IMG/VR virus record: IMGVR_UViG_3300009514_000001
Span: 158,006 to 222,005 of that record
DNA: 64,000 nt
Reading direction: 5' to 3' (one strand)
Shown: one piece after another, positions 19,413-28,717 of the stretch
Numbering within the stretch: position 1 is the first letter of the stretch
Layout: each line of letters begins with the position of its first letter
Position numbers and translations under genes: made by a program
Notes under the pieces: generated by a model
The model's input: the letters and a program-made list of their open reading frames with translations, nothing else
Database searches by the model: none
Told to the model about the DNA's origin: nothing

Positions 19413-19586
19413 TCAGTAGCTCAAAGACCACGTGCGGGTACAAGTGGTACACCGGTCTCGGTTCATCCGATGTTGAGCAAAGGGGCCATTGCGAGTGATG
19501 GTCGTAACCTCAGCCTCACGCCCTTTGCAACCCTTGGTCGCGCGGCAGGGCATCGTCACGACACGTTTCGTGTTCGGTTTGCTCAT
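19413..19586 (-). CDS. Small Cys-rich (zinc-ribbon-like) protein
   Basis: MSKPN...CRATKGC...CTTC; 57 aa from ATG 19586. Confidence 0.5.
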   Translation of the reverse strand: MSKPNTKRVVTMPCRATKGCKGREAEVTTITRNGPFAQHRMNRDRCTTCTRTWSLSY

Positions 19587-19956
19587 CCGTTCTTTCCACC
19601 CCGATGTTGGCGAGGACATCTTCGATGTGGTCGTAGGCCGGCCAAAGATATGGGGACGCATGCGGATGCGTCAGTATCGCGGCGAGAGAACTTCGGATGT
19701 CCTTCAGGCGCTCACAATACCCCCGTTGGACTTTCTGTTCCAGCTTCTTTGCCAGGGACATCCATTTGTCCCTGGCCCAGGCCGTCGGGTCATCGGGGTT
19801 GGGTCCCCGGATACTCACCCCGCAGGCTACCAGGACAACCTCCTTGTCCTCCCCGGAGGCATACGTAGCCCCCTGAGTCACCGAAGCACCGATGACGGCG
19901 GACATGTCCTCAAGAGCCTGGGCGAAGGTGTTGGGCTTCAGATGCACAACAGACAC
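19516..19956 (-). CDS. Hypothetical protein
   Basis: GAGGAG SD before GTG 19956; overlaps both neighbours. Confidence 0.45.
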   Translation of the reverse strand: MSVVHLKPNTFAQALEDMSAVIGASVTQGATYASGEDKEVVLVACGVSIRGPNPDDPTAWARDKWMSLAKKLEQKVQRGYCERLKDIRSSLAAILTHPHASPYLWPAYDHIEDVLANIGVERTDEQTEHETCRDDALPRDQGLQRA

Positions 19957-20440
19957 GGGCAATCTCCTCGACATCTTGGGAAGTCAGGGCGAACCACTCA
20001 CCCAGGACTCTCCGGTCCTTATAGCGCTCGTGGAGTTGGGCTTCGAGGTCGAAGCCACCTGTCATGTCATATAGGAGAGTGAGAGGCAAGGAGGACCCCG
20101 TTTGTAGGGCCTCCATGCGGCTCTGCGGGTCAATACTCACCCCGACCTTGATATGGAGACCGTTCGAGATGAGATACACCCGTCGCAGCTCCGCCGGGTC
20201 ATAGAGGTCCCAATCATCCTCTGGCTTGAGTAGAAGCCCGTGGAGGGCCATCGGATTTCGACTCAAGGAGAAGTAGTCCTCCAGACGGTCGACCATGACA
20301 CGGCGCTTCAGATAGCGGATACCGGTCTGCTTACACCACTCCTGGTGGGCCTCCCACAGGTCTGTGACCCTCGTGGTCAGACCCTCGCACACGAAGCAAC
20401 AGGAGTCGACAAACGTCAGGACGAGGTTCCCGCTATCCAA
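19910..20440 (-). CDS. T5orf172/MUG113-type GIY-YIG domain protein with an N-terminal winged-helix-like segment
   Basis: VYLI...IKVGVS.DP..RM..LQTG...LEAQLH......GEWF. Confidence 0.75.
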   Translation of the reverse strand: MDSGNLVLTFVDSCCFVCEGLTTRVTDLWEAHQEWCKQTGIRYLKRRVMVDRLEDYFSLSRNPMALHGLLLKPEDDWDLYDPAELRRVYLISNGLHIKVGVSIDPQSRMEALQTGSSLPLTLLYDMTGGFDLEAQLHERYKDRRVLGEWFALTSQDVEEIARVCCASEAQHLRPGS

Positions 20441-20516
20441 CGAACAAACCCCTCTTTGGCAAGGTAGAGGGATACCTTACCAAAGAGGGGTGGTGACGCT
20501 ACAAGAAGGGGGTGGG

Positions 20517-21539
20517 CTACTTCCTGAGCGTGTGCAGGTACTCGCGGATGCTCTGAACCACCGGGCGGCGGGAGCTTCGCGAGGAGGCTGTTCGGATCTG
20601 TTGAGTGTCGTCGAACTCCTTGATCCCAAGGAAGTCTGACATGACGCCCCCGTATCCATCTTCCTCCACGGAAACAGAGAGGTAGTCGACGCCAAATGCG
20701 GCGGCCAGAACCTCTGGTCTGATGTGAGGGCGCCTCCAGATTTGGGAGAGGGAGGCCAGACTCATCGCCGGACTCCGACGGACCTGGGGGACGGTGATGT
20801 AGAGGTCGAGAAGCTCGACCAACCGCCGACAACGAGCCTCGCTGTCGTGGATGCTGGCCGCACGCTCCAACTCCATCGCGAAGCGGGCAGCCAGAGCCTC
20901 CTGGTCCTCCTCTGAGGTCGAGCCAAGGATAGCTGGGCGGACCTCGTCCTGAGCCTGCTGAGCGGCGCTACGGTCCCAGGAGGGGGTCGGGTCGGCCGTG
21001 TTCATCGGGTCCGGGCCGTAGGGGGTGTCGCGTGTCGAGGGGTCCACCCTGTTCGGGTCCCAGGGGTCGTTCGGAGGATGAGCCTCGACGACATACTGAG
21101 GGGCCGCGGAGGCTGCGTGCTGAGCCACCTCGCGAGGAACGGTCTCGGATGTTGCGGACGACGCAACATGACGAGCCGCCTCCGCAGGGTCGACGTGGAG
21201 AGTATTGCATAGGGTGTCGAAGTCGACGCTGCCCTGCTCGTACGCATTCAGGATCTGGTCCTGCCTGCCCTGGAGGTACTCAGCCTTAGCCTCCTTGACG
21301 CGAGCACCATGACCTCCCTGACCGAAGCCTGCTGTTCGCTGGCTGGGGCGGGCGGACCTGTACCAATCTGGAACCAGATCACGGAGGCTGGAGACCCTGG
21401 TTGTCGTAGTCGTGGTCGTGGTCTCTTCGATGAGACCTGCATCCGGCAGGGAACTAACACGTTCGGTCCGGGTGCTGGCGACACGAGCCTTGTGGTCGTC
21501 GACAACAACGTCGTCTTGACCGGGAAGTCCGCTGGACAT
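20517..21539 (-). CDS. Hypothetical protein (340 aa)
   Basis: GAGGAG SD; follows the small regulator-like gene in the same direction. Confidence 0.65.
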   Translation of the reverse strand: MSSGLPGQDDVVVDDHKARVASTRTERVSSLPDAGLIEETTTTTTTTRVSSLRDLVPDWYRSARPSQRTAGFGQGGHGARVKEAKAEYLQGRQDQILNAYEQGSVDFDTLCNTLHVDPAEAARHVASSATSETVPREVAQHAASAAPQYVVEAHPPNDPWDPNRVDPSTRDTPYGPDPMNTADPTPSWDRSAAQQAQDEVRPAILGSTSEEDQEALAARFAMELERAASIHDSEARCRRLVELLDLYITVPQVRRSPAMSLASLSQIWRRPHIRPEVLAAAFGVDYLSVSVEEDGYGGVMSDFLGIKEFDDTQQIRTASSRSSRRPVVQSIREYLHTLRK

Positions 21540-21542
21540 CTC

Positions 21543-21809
21543 TCACTCCTCGTCGCCGGGCAACATCGAGTGCCCGGCTGTTTTCTGAGTCGCGGGTGTC
21601 CCACCTCCCCACGTGGCCTGACTGGCCTTGCGAGACAGAGTATCGAGGTCGAGGCCTGTCTGCGCTTCCAAATTGTCGAGACATTGGACGAGAGCGCCCT
21701 CGACAAGAGACCCCTGGTCCTCACCCAGGACCACGGAGGCAGCCTTGAGACGGCGTTTGGTACGTTCTGTCATGCTCATCGAGGTTTTCGTTTTCTTCGG
21801 CTTGGGCAT
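21543..21809 (-). CDS. Small ribbon-helix-helix-like DNA-binding protein
   Basis: KTSMSMTERTKRRLKAASVVLGEDQGSLVEGAL fits a strand-helix-helix pattern; GGAGG SD. Confidence 0.5.
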   Translation of the reverse strand: MPKPKKTKTSMSMTERTKRRLKAASVVLGEDQGSLVEGALVQCLDNLEAQTGLDLDTLSRKASQATWGGGTPATQKTAGHSMLPGDEE

Positions 21810-21830
21810 CTCTCTCACCTCCGAGGTAGA

Positions 21831-21858
21831 AGTGTATCCACCGACTCCGGTGTGTCAA
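21831..21858 (-). promoter_or_regulatory. Sigma70-type promoter with a palindrome in the spacer
   Basis: TTGACA-16 nt-TACACT. The spacer contains CACCG-GAGT-CGGTG. Confidence 0.65.
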
Positions 21859-21972
21859 CCCCTCGGTACGATTTTGTGTTCCAGGAGTCGATTCCGAATA
21901 TGCTCGACATCATGACCCTACCAACCTCCACCTTGCCATTCTTCAGCGCGAACCCTTGGAGGAATCTTCGAC

Positions 21973-22972
21973 TCAGTCGGACGTACTGAGCCTCCGGGCC
22001 TCCACATACTTGTTGGAGGTCTCCAGGGAGAGCCCCTGCATATAGCTGTAGAGAGTCACCCAGGATAGTCCCGTACCTTCCACCACAGCCCTTCGATCAA
22101 CCCTCCCCTCGCTATCCAGGAAGGGATCAAAATCCTGGAGAGTGAGGTTGGCCTTGAGGCCGTTGTCGGCCCAATGACCGTTCTCGGCAATGTAGCGACG
22201 TAGCTTCTCGGCCGCAGCAGCCACCCTCGCATCCGTCTCTTTGGTGAGACCTTTACGCCAGGACGGCCTGCCCTTCATCTTCTCGGCGCCCGCGGGTGGT
22301 CTTGATTCGGCGCCCGCGGGCGGTCTTGATTCGGACGGCAGACCCCAGAGCTACCGCCAAGGAACCTGGGTACTCCTCGGCATACCTACCCACCAGGTCA
22401 GGATGTTCAGACTTGATGTGAGAAGTGAGGTTCTCCGCCCGATGACCACAGACGCGACAACGAACGTAATCGAGGCCCTCCTCCTTGGTGGACCAGAACA
22501 GCTCCTCGTCTCGCTGTCGACACCCCTTACAGCGACAATCATGAGTAGTTGGGGAGAAGTACTTGGACTCCTGACGGGAAGCGCCGCAGGAAGGGCAGGC
22601 GACCTCTTTGGTCCCTTCTCTTGCGTCCTCAGACCACCCCTGTTGTATCGCCTTACTGCGCTTGGCTTTCAACGCAGGGGTACGGATGAGAGCCTCTGGG
22701 TGCCGCTCTCGATAGTCCTTGGCTGTGATGCCATGGGCCGCCTTCAGATGTCGAGCAAGAGTAACCGCTCGATGCGAGCAGTCCTCTTCCAGACATCGAA
22801 CATAGTCGACCCCTTCTACTTTCCCCTCCCACCTCTGGTCCTCCGACCACCTTTTGTAGGGAGGATGAGTCTCCGACTGATGGCGGAAATGAGATGCCAG
22901 ACCACGGCGGTCCGTACAGACGAAAGAACAGACAGGACAGGAAACCAAGACAACCTCCTCTAGAGCACCCAA
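21973..22972 (-). pseudogene. Degraded zinc-finger/NUMOD-type free-standing homing-endonuclease-like gene
   Basis: Two ORFs in different frames (22253-22972 and 21973-22278). Several C2H2/CxxC fingers (VEGVDYVRC, LDYVRCRVC) and WRKGLTKETD. A 24-bp tandem duplication (22283-22334) lies at the break. No nuclease domain visible. Confidence 0.6.
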
Positions 22973-23058
22973 GGTAGGTGATCCGGAGGAGGTTGTCGAG
23001 GATTAGTTTGCGATCAACCTACTAAAGTGGTCATAAACCCCCGTTTTTTTATAGGGAT

Positions 23059-26000
23059 TTACAAACTACTGCGCAGGTTAAATGTCACGAGTATGAATAG
23101 AAGGGGGAACACCGGGCTGTAGAATGCCTCGACATTCGCCGTGGTCGGGTCTTCGACATCGACCTCGGCGGTGATTCGACCGTAGGCCGAGACGATTTGA
23201 GCGGCCACGAGGTCGCTGAACGTCTTGGCCAAGCGGCCTTCGACCTGGGTCAGGATGCCCGGGATGAACTTGACTCCGATGAAGTTCTCCAGCGTGGCTC
23301 GGGAGCGCTGCTGGACCTCGTCGGCGATAAGGATGATGGTCGGGAGCTTGGTCAGGATGTTGGAGACATCCGTCGTCAGGCCCTGGAGCACCACCAGGTT
23401 CGGGTTCTTCTCGGCGAGGACGGTGACACCGGATACCGCCGCCTGCTGCTGCTCCACCGGGTCGAGCTTGCGACCGAGCTGGTCGAAGCCGACGATGAAA
23501 CGGTTGGTCCACGGGGTGGCGACGTCGAGGTTGGGGTCGACGACGGAACCCGCGAGGGCCGCGGCGAGGTAGAAGCCCTCGACCAGCTCAGTGGTGCGCT
23601 GGTTGAGTGCGTCAACAATGGTCAGCTCCACGCTGTCCGGGTAGACGAGGCGCAGACGCTGGTTGCTGAGCTGCTGAGCGATGCCACCCACCTGCTGAGG
23701 AGTGACGCTAGGAGTCAGACCAATGATGGCCGTCCTCTCCTGACGAAACCGCAGACTCGACTGGACGTCGACATGCTGTCCCAGGAGCTGGAAGAAACTG
23801 AGGCTGTCTCCCTTGAGCGGCACCAGGACATCCGGCAGAAGCCCACCAGGCAGAGGCTTGGTGAGGTCGTTGAGAGCCTCCAGGTAGGCAGTCTCGGACG
23901 CGAACGCCGAACCCTCGTCCTTGGGGACCTGCTTGATGGCGATGCCGACCGCGCCGTTGATGAGCATCAGGAACGCCGCCAGGCTGACCGGGTTGTCCGA
24001 GCTGCGGGTACCGAAGGTCTGCTCGATGACGTTGAGCTTGGTGAAAATCTGCGTCGAGAAGTCGTCCTTCACGAAGCTGTAGGTGACGTAGTAGAGGTCA
24101 CCGACGGCGGGCTCGTTGCCGCTCTTCTTGAAGGTCTCGATGATGGCCGTGTCCGTCGGGTTGGTGCCCGCCGTGTTGGTCACGAGAAGCTCGACGCCGC
24201 CGATGGCGTTTCTCGGGATGTTGGAGTCCGCGACGAAGGTCTTGCTGACCACGATGGTGAAGGTCTCACCGTCGGGATAGCCGAACCCGCCCTCGCGCTC
24301 TAGAACGGAGAGCGTCAGGCCCGTGACCAGGTCGCGGTAGGTCTGTCCCACCACACCGTCCTGACCGGTGCCGGTGTTGAACACCGAGGTGTCCGCCGAA
24401 CCGGAGCCGTCCGCGGGGTCGGAGCTGGTGACGTAGAAGCCACTGATACCATCCTCACCCACCGCACCGTCGCCGGCCGTGTCAAGGAGGTTGGTACCGA
24501 TGGCCAGGATGTCATCGGTCGTGGGCGTGCTCCAGGCGATGCTGGAACCGGAGCCCGTGGACTGACTCTGGAGAGCCAGGTACTCCAGGCCGACATTGTC
24601 CGTCGCCACAAAGGCCAGAGCCTCGGCAGCGAAGTAGGTGGCCGCCGGGGTAGCGAAATCCAACATATAGACACTGGCGAACGTACCCGACGAGGAGTGG
24701 TGGCTCATGAGAGCCGAAGCCAGGACTCGGACGTCCACCGGGTCCCGCAGGTCGCTAGTGTCGTCCGCCAGGCTGAACTCGCCGTTGGCGTTTCCAGAAC
24801 CGATGACGACGCTGCTGAACTGGTCGTCGCGTGCACTGACGAGACGGAACCCGGCACCTTCCTGGCGAACCAGGCCGGCAGCGAGGACCGCGGCCGCAGA
24901 GGCGCCGAAGCCCTGGGCGGACATCTCGGCCGCAATCTGCTCGATGACCGTGCCCGCGATGCTGCCCGGCCCGAGAGCCGTTGCAGTACCCGCGGCCGAG
25001 GCCGTGAACACCACCGTGACGGACGTGCCGTCCATGGTGAACTTGAACACGTTGTTCACCGGCTGAGTGCCCGTACCATCGTAGAAGATGACGAGGGGCT
25101 GGCTATCCTGGGCATCCGCGAAGCCCGTACCCTGTCCGTTGACGAAGCCAACCTCTGCGAGGATGGTCGCCGGCTGGACTGTAGCCGAGAACCCGCCGAG
25201 GCCAGTCTCCTGCTGAGCAAGGCCCGTCTCGGCGCTAGCCGAAGTGCCTTGGACAGTGAGGGAGGCCTGAGCCGCCGGCTGGTAAGGAGCGAGGGAACCG
25301 CTACCCGGCACCAGACGGTTGCGCAGGATGAGGCGGTCATGGTTGAGAGCACCAGCACCGACCGTGAAACGGCGGGCAATGGGGCCATTGTAGAGCTTGG
25401 TCTGGGTTCCGCCGGTTGCGGCGGCGGTGTCGATACCCGCCAGGGTGGAGAAGTCCTCCGCTGGGGTGGCGTCAGTGATGAACTCGATGAATCCAGCGGC
25501 GTCGCCGGCACCCAGACTGGTCATCTCGAACACGATGCGAGCATCCGCGTCGGCGAAGGCCGTAACCGTCGCCTCCAGGAGGGCCGCACCGTTGATGGCC
25601 GAAAGGGCCGTGTTGATGGCCGAAACAAGAGCCGTGACGCTGTTGTAGGTACCCGGGGCGATGGTGGCTTCGTGGTTACCCGAGACGCCAGTGACGTCAC
25701 CCGTATAGTGGAGGGTGATGTCATCGTACTCACCGGCCACGACGGTCACCGGACCGGTGAACCTGGTCGCCGAGACGTAGCGAGGCTCGGCGCCCACAGC
25801 GACAGCAGCCGTGTTGATGGCGGTCACGAAGTCCGCCAGCGTGAGGCCAGCAGACGGAGTGACTGTCGCCGACACGAGGCGGTCGTCGACCGTCAGGCTG
25901 ACGGTGTTGTTGGCCGCGGTGATGTCGTAGGTCGTCGCGCCGCTGGCAGCGTCGTAGACGATCTCGTCACCGATGAGGGAGGCGAAGAATCCGGTGCCGA

Positions 26001-27999
26001 CACCGGTCGGGTTGGCAACATCGACACCCGCAGCCCCCGAGGCCAGGTCAGCCGCATCCACGAGGATGCGAGCATGGTCCGAGGACCCCACAATGGGGAA
26101 GTAGGGGTCGTTGCCGAGAATCGTGTGCAGGGCCGGAGTTGCCTCAGAGGTGTCGAAGGTGATGGTGACCACCTCCTCCACCGGACCCGTCTGAAGAGGA
26201 TTCGGGTTGCCCTCGATGCGGGAGTCGGGCAGAAGCTCAGAGCCGCTGGGAAACTGCACGGCGATACCCGCGAGGCCGGCACTCTTGGTGCCAAAATAGG
26301 CGTCGAACAGGTCCGTCCCGTCGTCGTTGCGCATCGTGTAGGTGCCGACCGTAGCGCTGCCCGGAACGGCGACCTGGAGAGTGTACTCGTCGTCGACGAT
26401 GGTGTTGTAGTAGAAGGTCGCGAAGACCGTCGCACCGACCGCGATGGGCTCGGCGAGAGTGACCTGGGAGGACGTCGAGTCGACACTCAGGACCGTCACC
26501 GGACCGCGGTCGATGGCGTCCTGGAGGGAGAACCCCCAGTAGGCCGTGACGAGGTCGGGGCGTTCCGTCGGGAGGTCGATGCGACCGTTGGTAATGTCGC
26601 CGAAGAGACTGGCTCCCAAGGGGGTCGAACGACCGTTACCCGTGGTGGGCTGGAACGGAAGCTGGAACACCCGGCGGCTGTCCACGGGGGGAGTGACGCT
26701 CGTGTCCGTCACCGGAGAGCAGACCTCCAGGTAGGCCTTGTTGTCGACGAGAGTCGCCGAGACCTGTTGGGTCCCGAAGGGGGTGAATCCCTCGGTGGAT
26801 TGCCCTTCGCTGATGAGGGAGGCCGTACCCCAGACGATGAGGTCATCCTTGAGGACGAAGTCGACCTCGTTGATGAAGTCGCTTCGGTCAGGGGTGATAC
26901 CGGCCTGGAGAATCTGGATGATGCCCCGGTGGGCCAGGTAGTCGAAGGTGTCCTGCCACGAGTTGAAGAAGTACGTGACGGAGACCAACTGACCGGCGGC
27001 GGGAGCGAAGTCGAGGGTGACGGTTCCGGCTCCGCCGTCGACGGCGGAGGGGGTCACCTGGACGTTGTCCACCAGAACCGTCACCCGAGCGGGGTCGGTC
27101 GTGGTGATGCCACCGTTGGAACCATCGACGATGGGACGCTGGAACGTCTTGAACACGCGGTTACGTGCCGTGAAGGCGTCCTGAGGGAGTCCGAAGATGC
27201 CGTTGGCGGAGCCGTCGCCGACACGGATGTCGTTGTCCGCCGTCAGGATGATGGCCGTGTCGCCCTCATTATTCAGGAACGTCCCGACACTCAGAGAACC
27301 AACAGCCTGGCCCTGGATGAGGGCGGCTGCCTGGGTTGCCGTGAAGCTGCCTGCTGGGAGGGTGATGGTCACCTCGGCGAGCTGGTCGATGGTGATCTTC
27401 AGCTCGTCCGTGACCCCCGCTGTGATGACATAGAACTCACCCGCACCGAGACCGATCTCGCCTCGGATGGCAGCCGCCTCCGCCGTGACCTGGTCAGACA
27501 GGTCGTCGGTCGTGAGGGTGTCCGTCCGGTTGAACTGGTAGGTGACCTGAACCTGGTCGCCAGATGCTGGCTCCTGAGCGAGAGTCACAACACCTCGGGC
27601 ACCGTCGACAGCCAGAACGACGATCTGGTCGCCGTTGATGAACGCCTGGACGTCCTGACGGTTGTTACTTGTGGTGCCCGTCCCGTCGCCGGTGACGATG
27701 GGGAAGTTGCGAACCTGGACACGGTTCCGAACGCCATCGGAGTCGCCCAGGACGACCTGGCCGGTCGCGGTGATTTCCACCACAGACCTTCCGGCCATAT
27801 CCTCCTTGACGACCAATTGGTCGACAGTGGACGAGGAACCCCGAACGACTTCGAGGCTACCCTGGAACAGGACCTCGTTACCCGTGCCGATGAGGACGGG
27901 AACCTTCACCGCCGACAGGGTGCCCGCAATCGGGTTCTCGAACTGCGTCCGGACGTAAACGCCAGGGAACGCGAAGTTGTTGCCGGGGAAATCAGCCAT
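23059..27999 (-). CDS. Contractile tail sheath protein with large inserted domains (1646 aa)
   Basis: N-terminal PGVYVRT...PVLIG and a C-terminal sheath domain (AAALAG...TANVEAFYSPVFPLLFILVTF). Confidence 0.9.
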   Translation of the reverse strand: MADFPGNNFAFPGVYVRTQFENPIAGTLSAVKVPVLIGTGNEVLFQGSLEVVRGSSSTVDQLVVKEDMAGRSVVEITATGQVVLGDSDGVRNRVQVRNFPIVTGDGTGTTSNNRQDVQAFINGDQIVVLAVDGARGVVTLAQEPASGDQVQVTYQFNRTDTLTTDDLSDQVTAEAAAIRGEIGLGAGEFYVITAGVTDELKITIDQLAEVTITLPAGSFTATQAAALIQGQAVGSLSVGTFLNNEGDTAIILTADNDIRVGDGSANGIFGLPQDAFTARNRVFKTFQRPIVDGSNGGITTTDPARVTVLVDNVQVTPSAVDGGAGTVTLDFAPAAGQLVSVTYFFNSWQDTFDYLAHRGIIQILQAGITPDRSDFINEVDFVLKDDLIVWGTASLISEGQSTEGFTPFGTQQVSATLVDNKAYLEVCSPVTDTSVTPPVDSRRVFQLPFQPTTGNGRSTPLGASLFGDITNGRIDLPTERPDLVTAYWGFSLQDAIDRGPVTVLSVDSTSSQVTLAEPIAVGATVFATFYYNTIVDDEYTLQVAVPGSATVGTYTMRNDDGTDLFDAYFGTKSAGLAGIAVQFPSGSELLPDSRIEGNPNPLQTGPVEEVVTITFDTSEATPALHTILGNDPYFPIVGSSDHARILVDAADLASGAAGVDVANPTGVGTGFFASLIGDEIVYDAASGATTYDITAANNTVSLTVDDRLVSATVTPSAGLTLADFVTAINTAAVAVGAEPRYVSATRFTGPVTVVAGEYDDITLHYTGDVTGVSGNHEATIAPGTYNSVTALVSAINTALSAINGAALLEATVTAFADADARIVFEMTSLGAGDAAGFIEFITDATPAEDFSTLAGIDTAAATGGTQTKLYNGPIARRFTVGAGALNHDRLILRNRLVPGSGSLAPYQPAAQASLTVQGTSASAETGLAQQETGLGGFSATVQPATILAEVGFVNGQGTGFADAQDSQPLVIFYDGTGTQPVNNVFKFTMDGTSVTVVFTASAAGTATALGPGSIAGTVIEQIAAEMSAQGFGASAAAVLAAGLVRQEGAGFRLVSARDDQFSSVVIGSGNANGEFSLADDTSDLRDPVDVRVLASALMSHHSSSGTFASVYMLDFATPAATYFAAEALAFVATDNVGLEYLALQSQSTGSGSSIAWSTPTTDDILAIGTNLLDTAGDGAVGEDGISGFYVTSSDPADGSGSADTSVFNTGTGQDGVVGQTYRDLVTGLTLSVLEREGGFGYPDGETFTIVVSKTFVADSNIPRNAIGGVELLVTNTAGTNPTDTAIIETFKKSGNEPAVGDLYYVTYSFVKDDFSTQIFTKLNVIEQTFGTRSSDNPVSLAAFLMLINGAVGIAIKQVPKDEGSAFASETAYLEALNDLTKPLPGGLLPDVLVPLKGDSLSFFQLLGQHVDVQSSLRFRQERTAIIGLTPSVTPQQVGGIAQQLSNQRLRLVYPDSVELTIVDALNQRTTELVEGFYLAAALAGSVVDPNLDVATPWTNRFIVGFDQLGRKLDPVEQQQAAVSGVTVLAEKNPNLVVLQGLTTDVSNILTKLPTIILIADEVQQRSRATLENFIGVKFIPGILTQVEGRLAKTFSDLVAAQIVSAYGRITAEVDVEDPTTANVEAFYSPVFPLLFILVTFNLRSSL

Positions 28000-28141
28000 G
28001 GTGTTGTCCTACCTCTCGTCTCTCGATGCCCATCCCAGGGAGGTGTCTCATCTGATCCCGCTCCGGCGGGTTCGGAAGCACAAGTAGATGTTCATCTCTC
28101 CTCATCTGAACCGACATATCGAGAAAGCCGTAGGCGAGGTG

Positions 28142-28666
28142 TCAGACCCGCCTTCGTTGTCTCCTAAACTCTCGAAGGCGGGACGAGCCCGCGTCGAACT
28201 TACGATTTTCGGACGTCACGAACCGGTCGTCCTTCCTAAGGACGCTCATAGCCGCATTATGGAAGGCTCGATGGTTTCGTTTCGACTGAAGAGAATCCCG
28301 ATCGGCAACCGTGTAGGTGCCGTTGGGAAGACGGCCAAGAGCCTCGGAACCTCTCACTCCTGAGGGGAGGCCCCGAAGAAGCTCTCTCTTGTGGGCCTCT
28401 CTCTGCTCAATAACCAAACGACTCCTCTCAGCGCTCGCCCCGATGACCCGGTCGACATTCGCGTCGATGGCATCGACCCCAGTGTTCTGGGGGACTGGAC
28501 CGGCATTGGTGTGGTCATGATTGAAGGTGTAGCTGAGGCCAGAGGGAGGAAGTCTCTTGGCCGAGGCGCTGCACGATGGGCACGCTCTCGACTCGGAAGC
28601 CTTCGTCGCCTTGCCTGACCTCCCAAACCGGAGGCCGCACTCGCATTGATACTCATACAGAGGAAT
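28142..28666 (-). CDS. FmdB-like zinc-ribbon protein with an ATT start (174 aa)
   Basis: The frame of ORF 28142-28417 stays open to ATT-CCT-CTG-TAT-GAG-TAT-CAA-TGC (xPLYEYQCECG...CPSC). GGGAGG lies 8 nt upstream, and there is an in-frame TAG at 28694-28696. Confidence 0.75.
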   Translation of the reverse strand: MPLYEYQCECGLRFGRSGKATKASESRACPSCSASAKRLPPSGLSYTFNHDHTNAGPVPQNTGVDAIDANVDRVIGASAERSRLVIEQREAHKRELLRGLPSGVRGSEALGRLPNGTYTVADRDSLQSKRNHRAFHNAAMSVLRKDDRFVTSENRKFDAGSSRLREFRRQRRRV

Positions 28667-28717
28667 CGGTCTGCCCTCCCTTCCGTCCGTCTTCTACTTG
28701 TGGCCACTATAGACGGG

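Noticed and set aside
22283-22334. 24-bp direct repeat (also the 21-bp repeat at 8657) as a CRISPR array
   Set aside because: Only two adjacent copies with no spacers; these are simple intragenic duplications.
24697-28167. 1156-aa plus-strand ORF (and similar ones such as 23197-24303, 35274-36278, 48778-49866 and 100-957)
   Set aside because: Antisense shadows of GC3-biased minus-strand genes, with no recognisable motifs.
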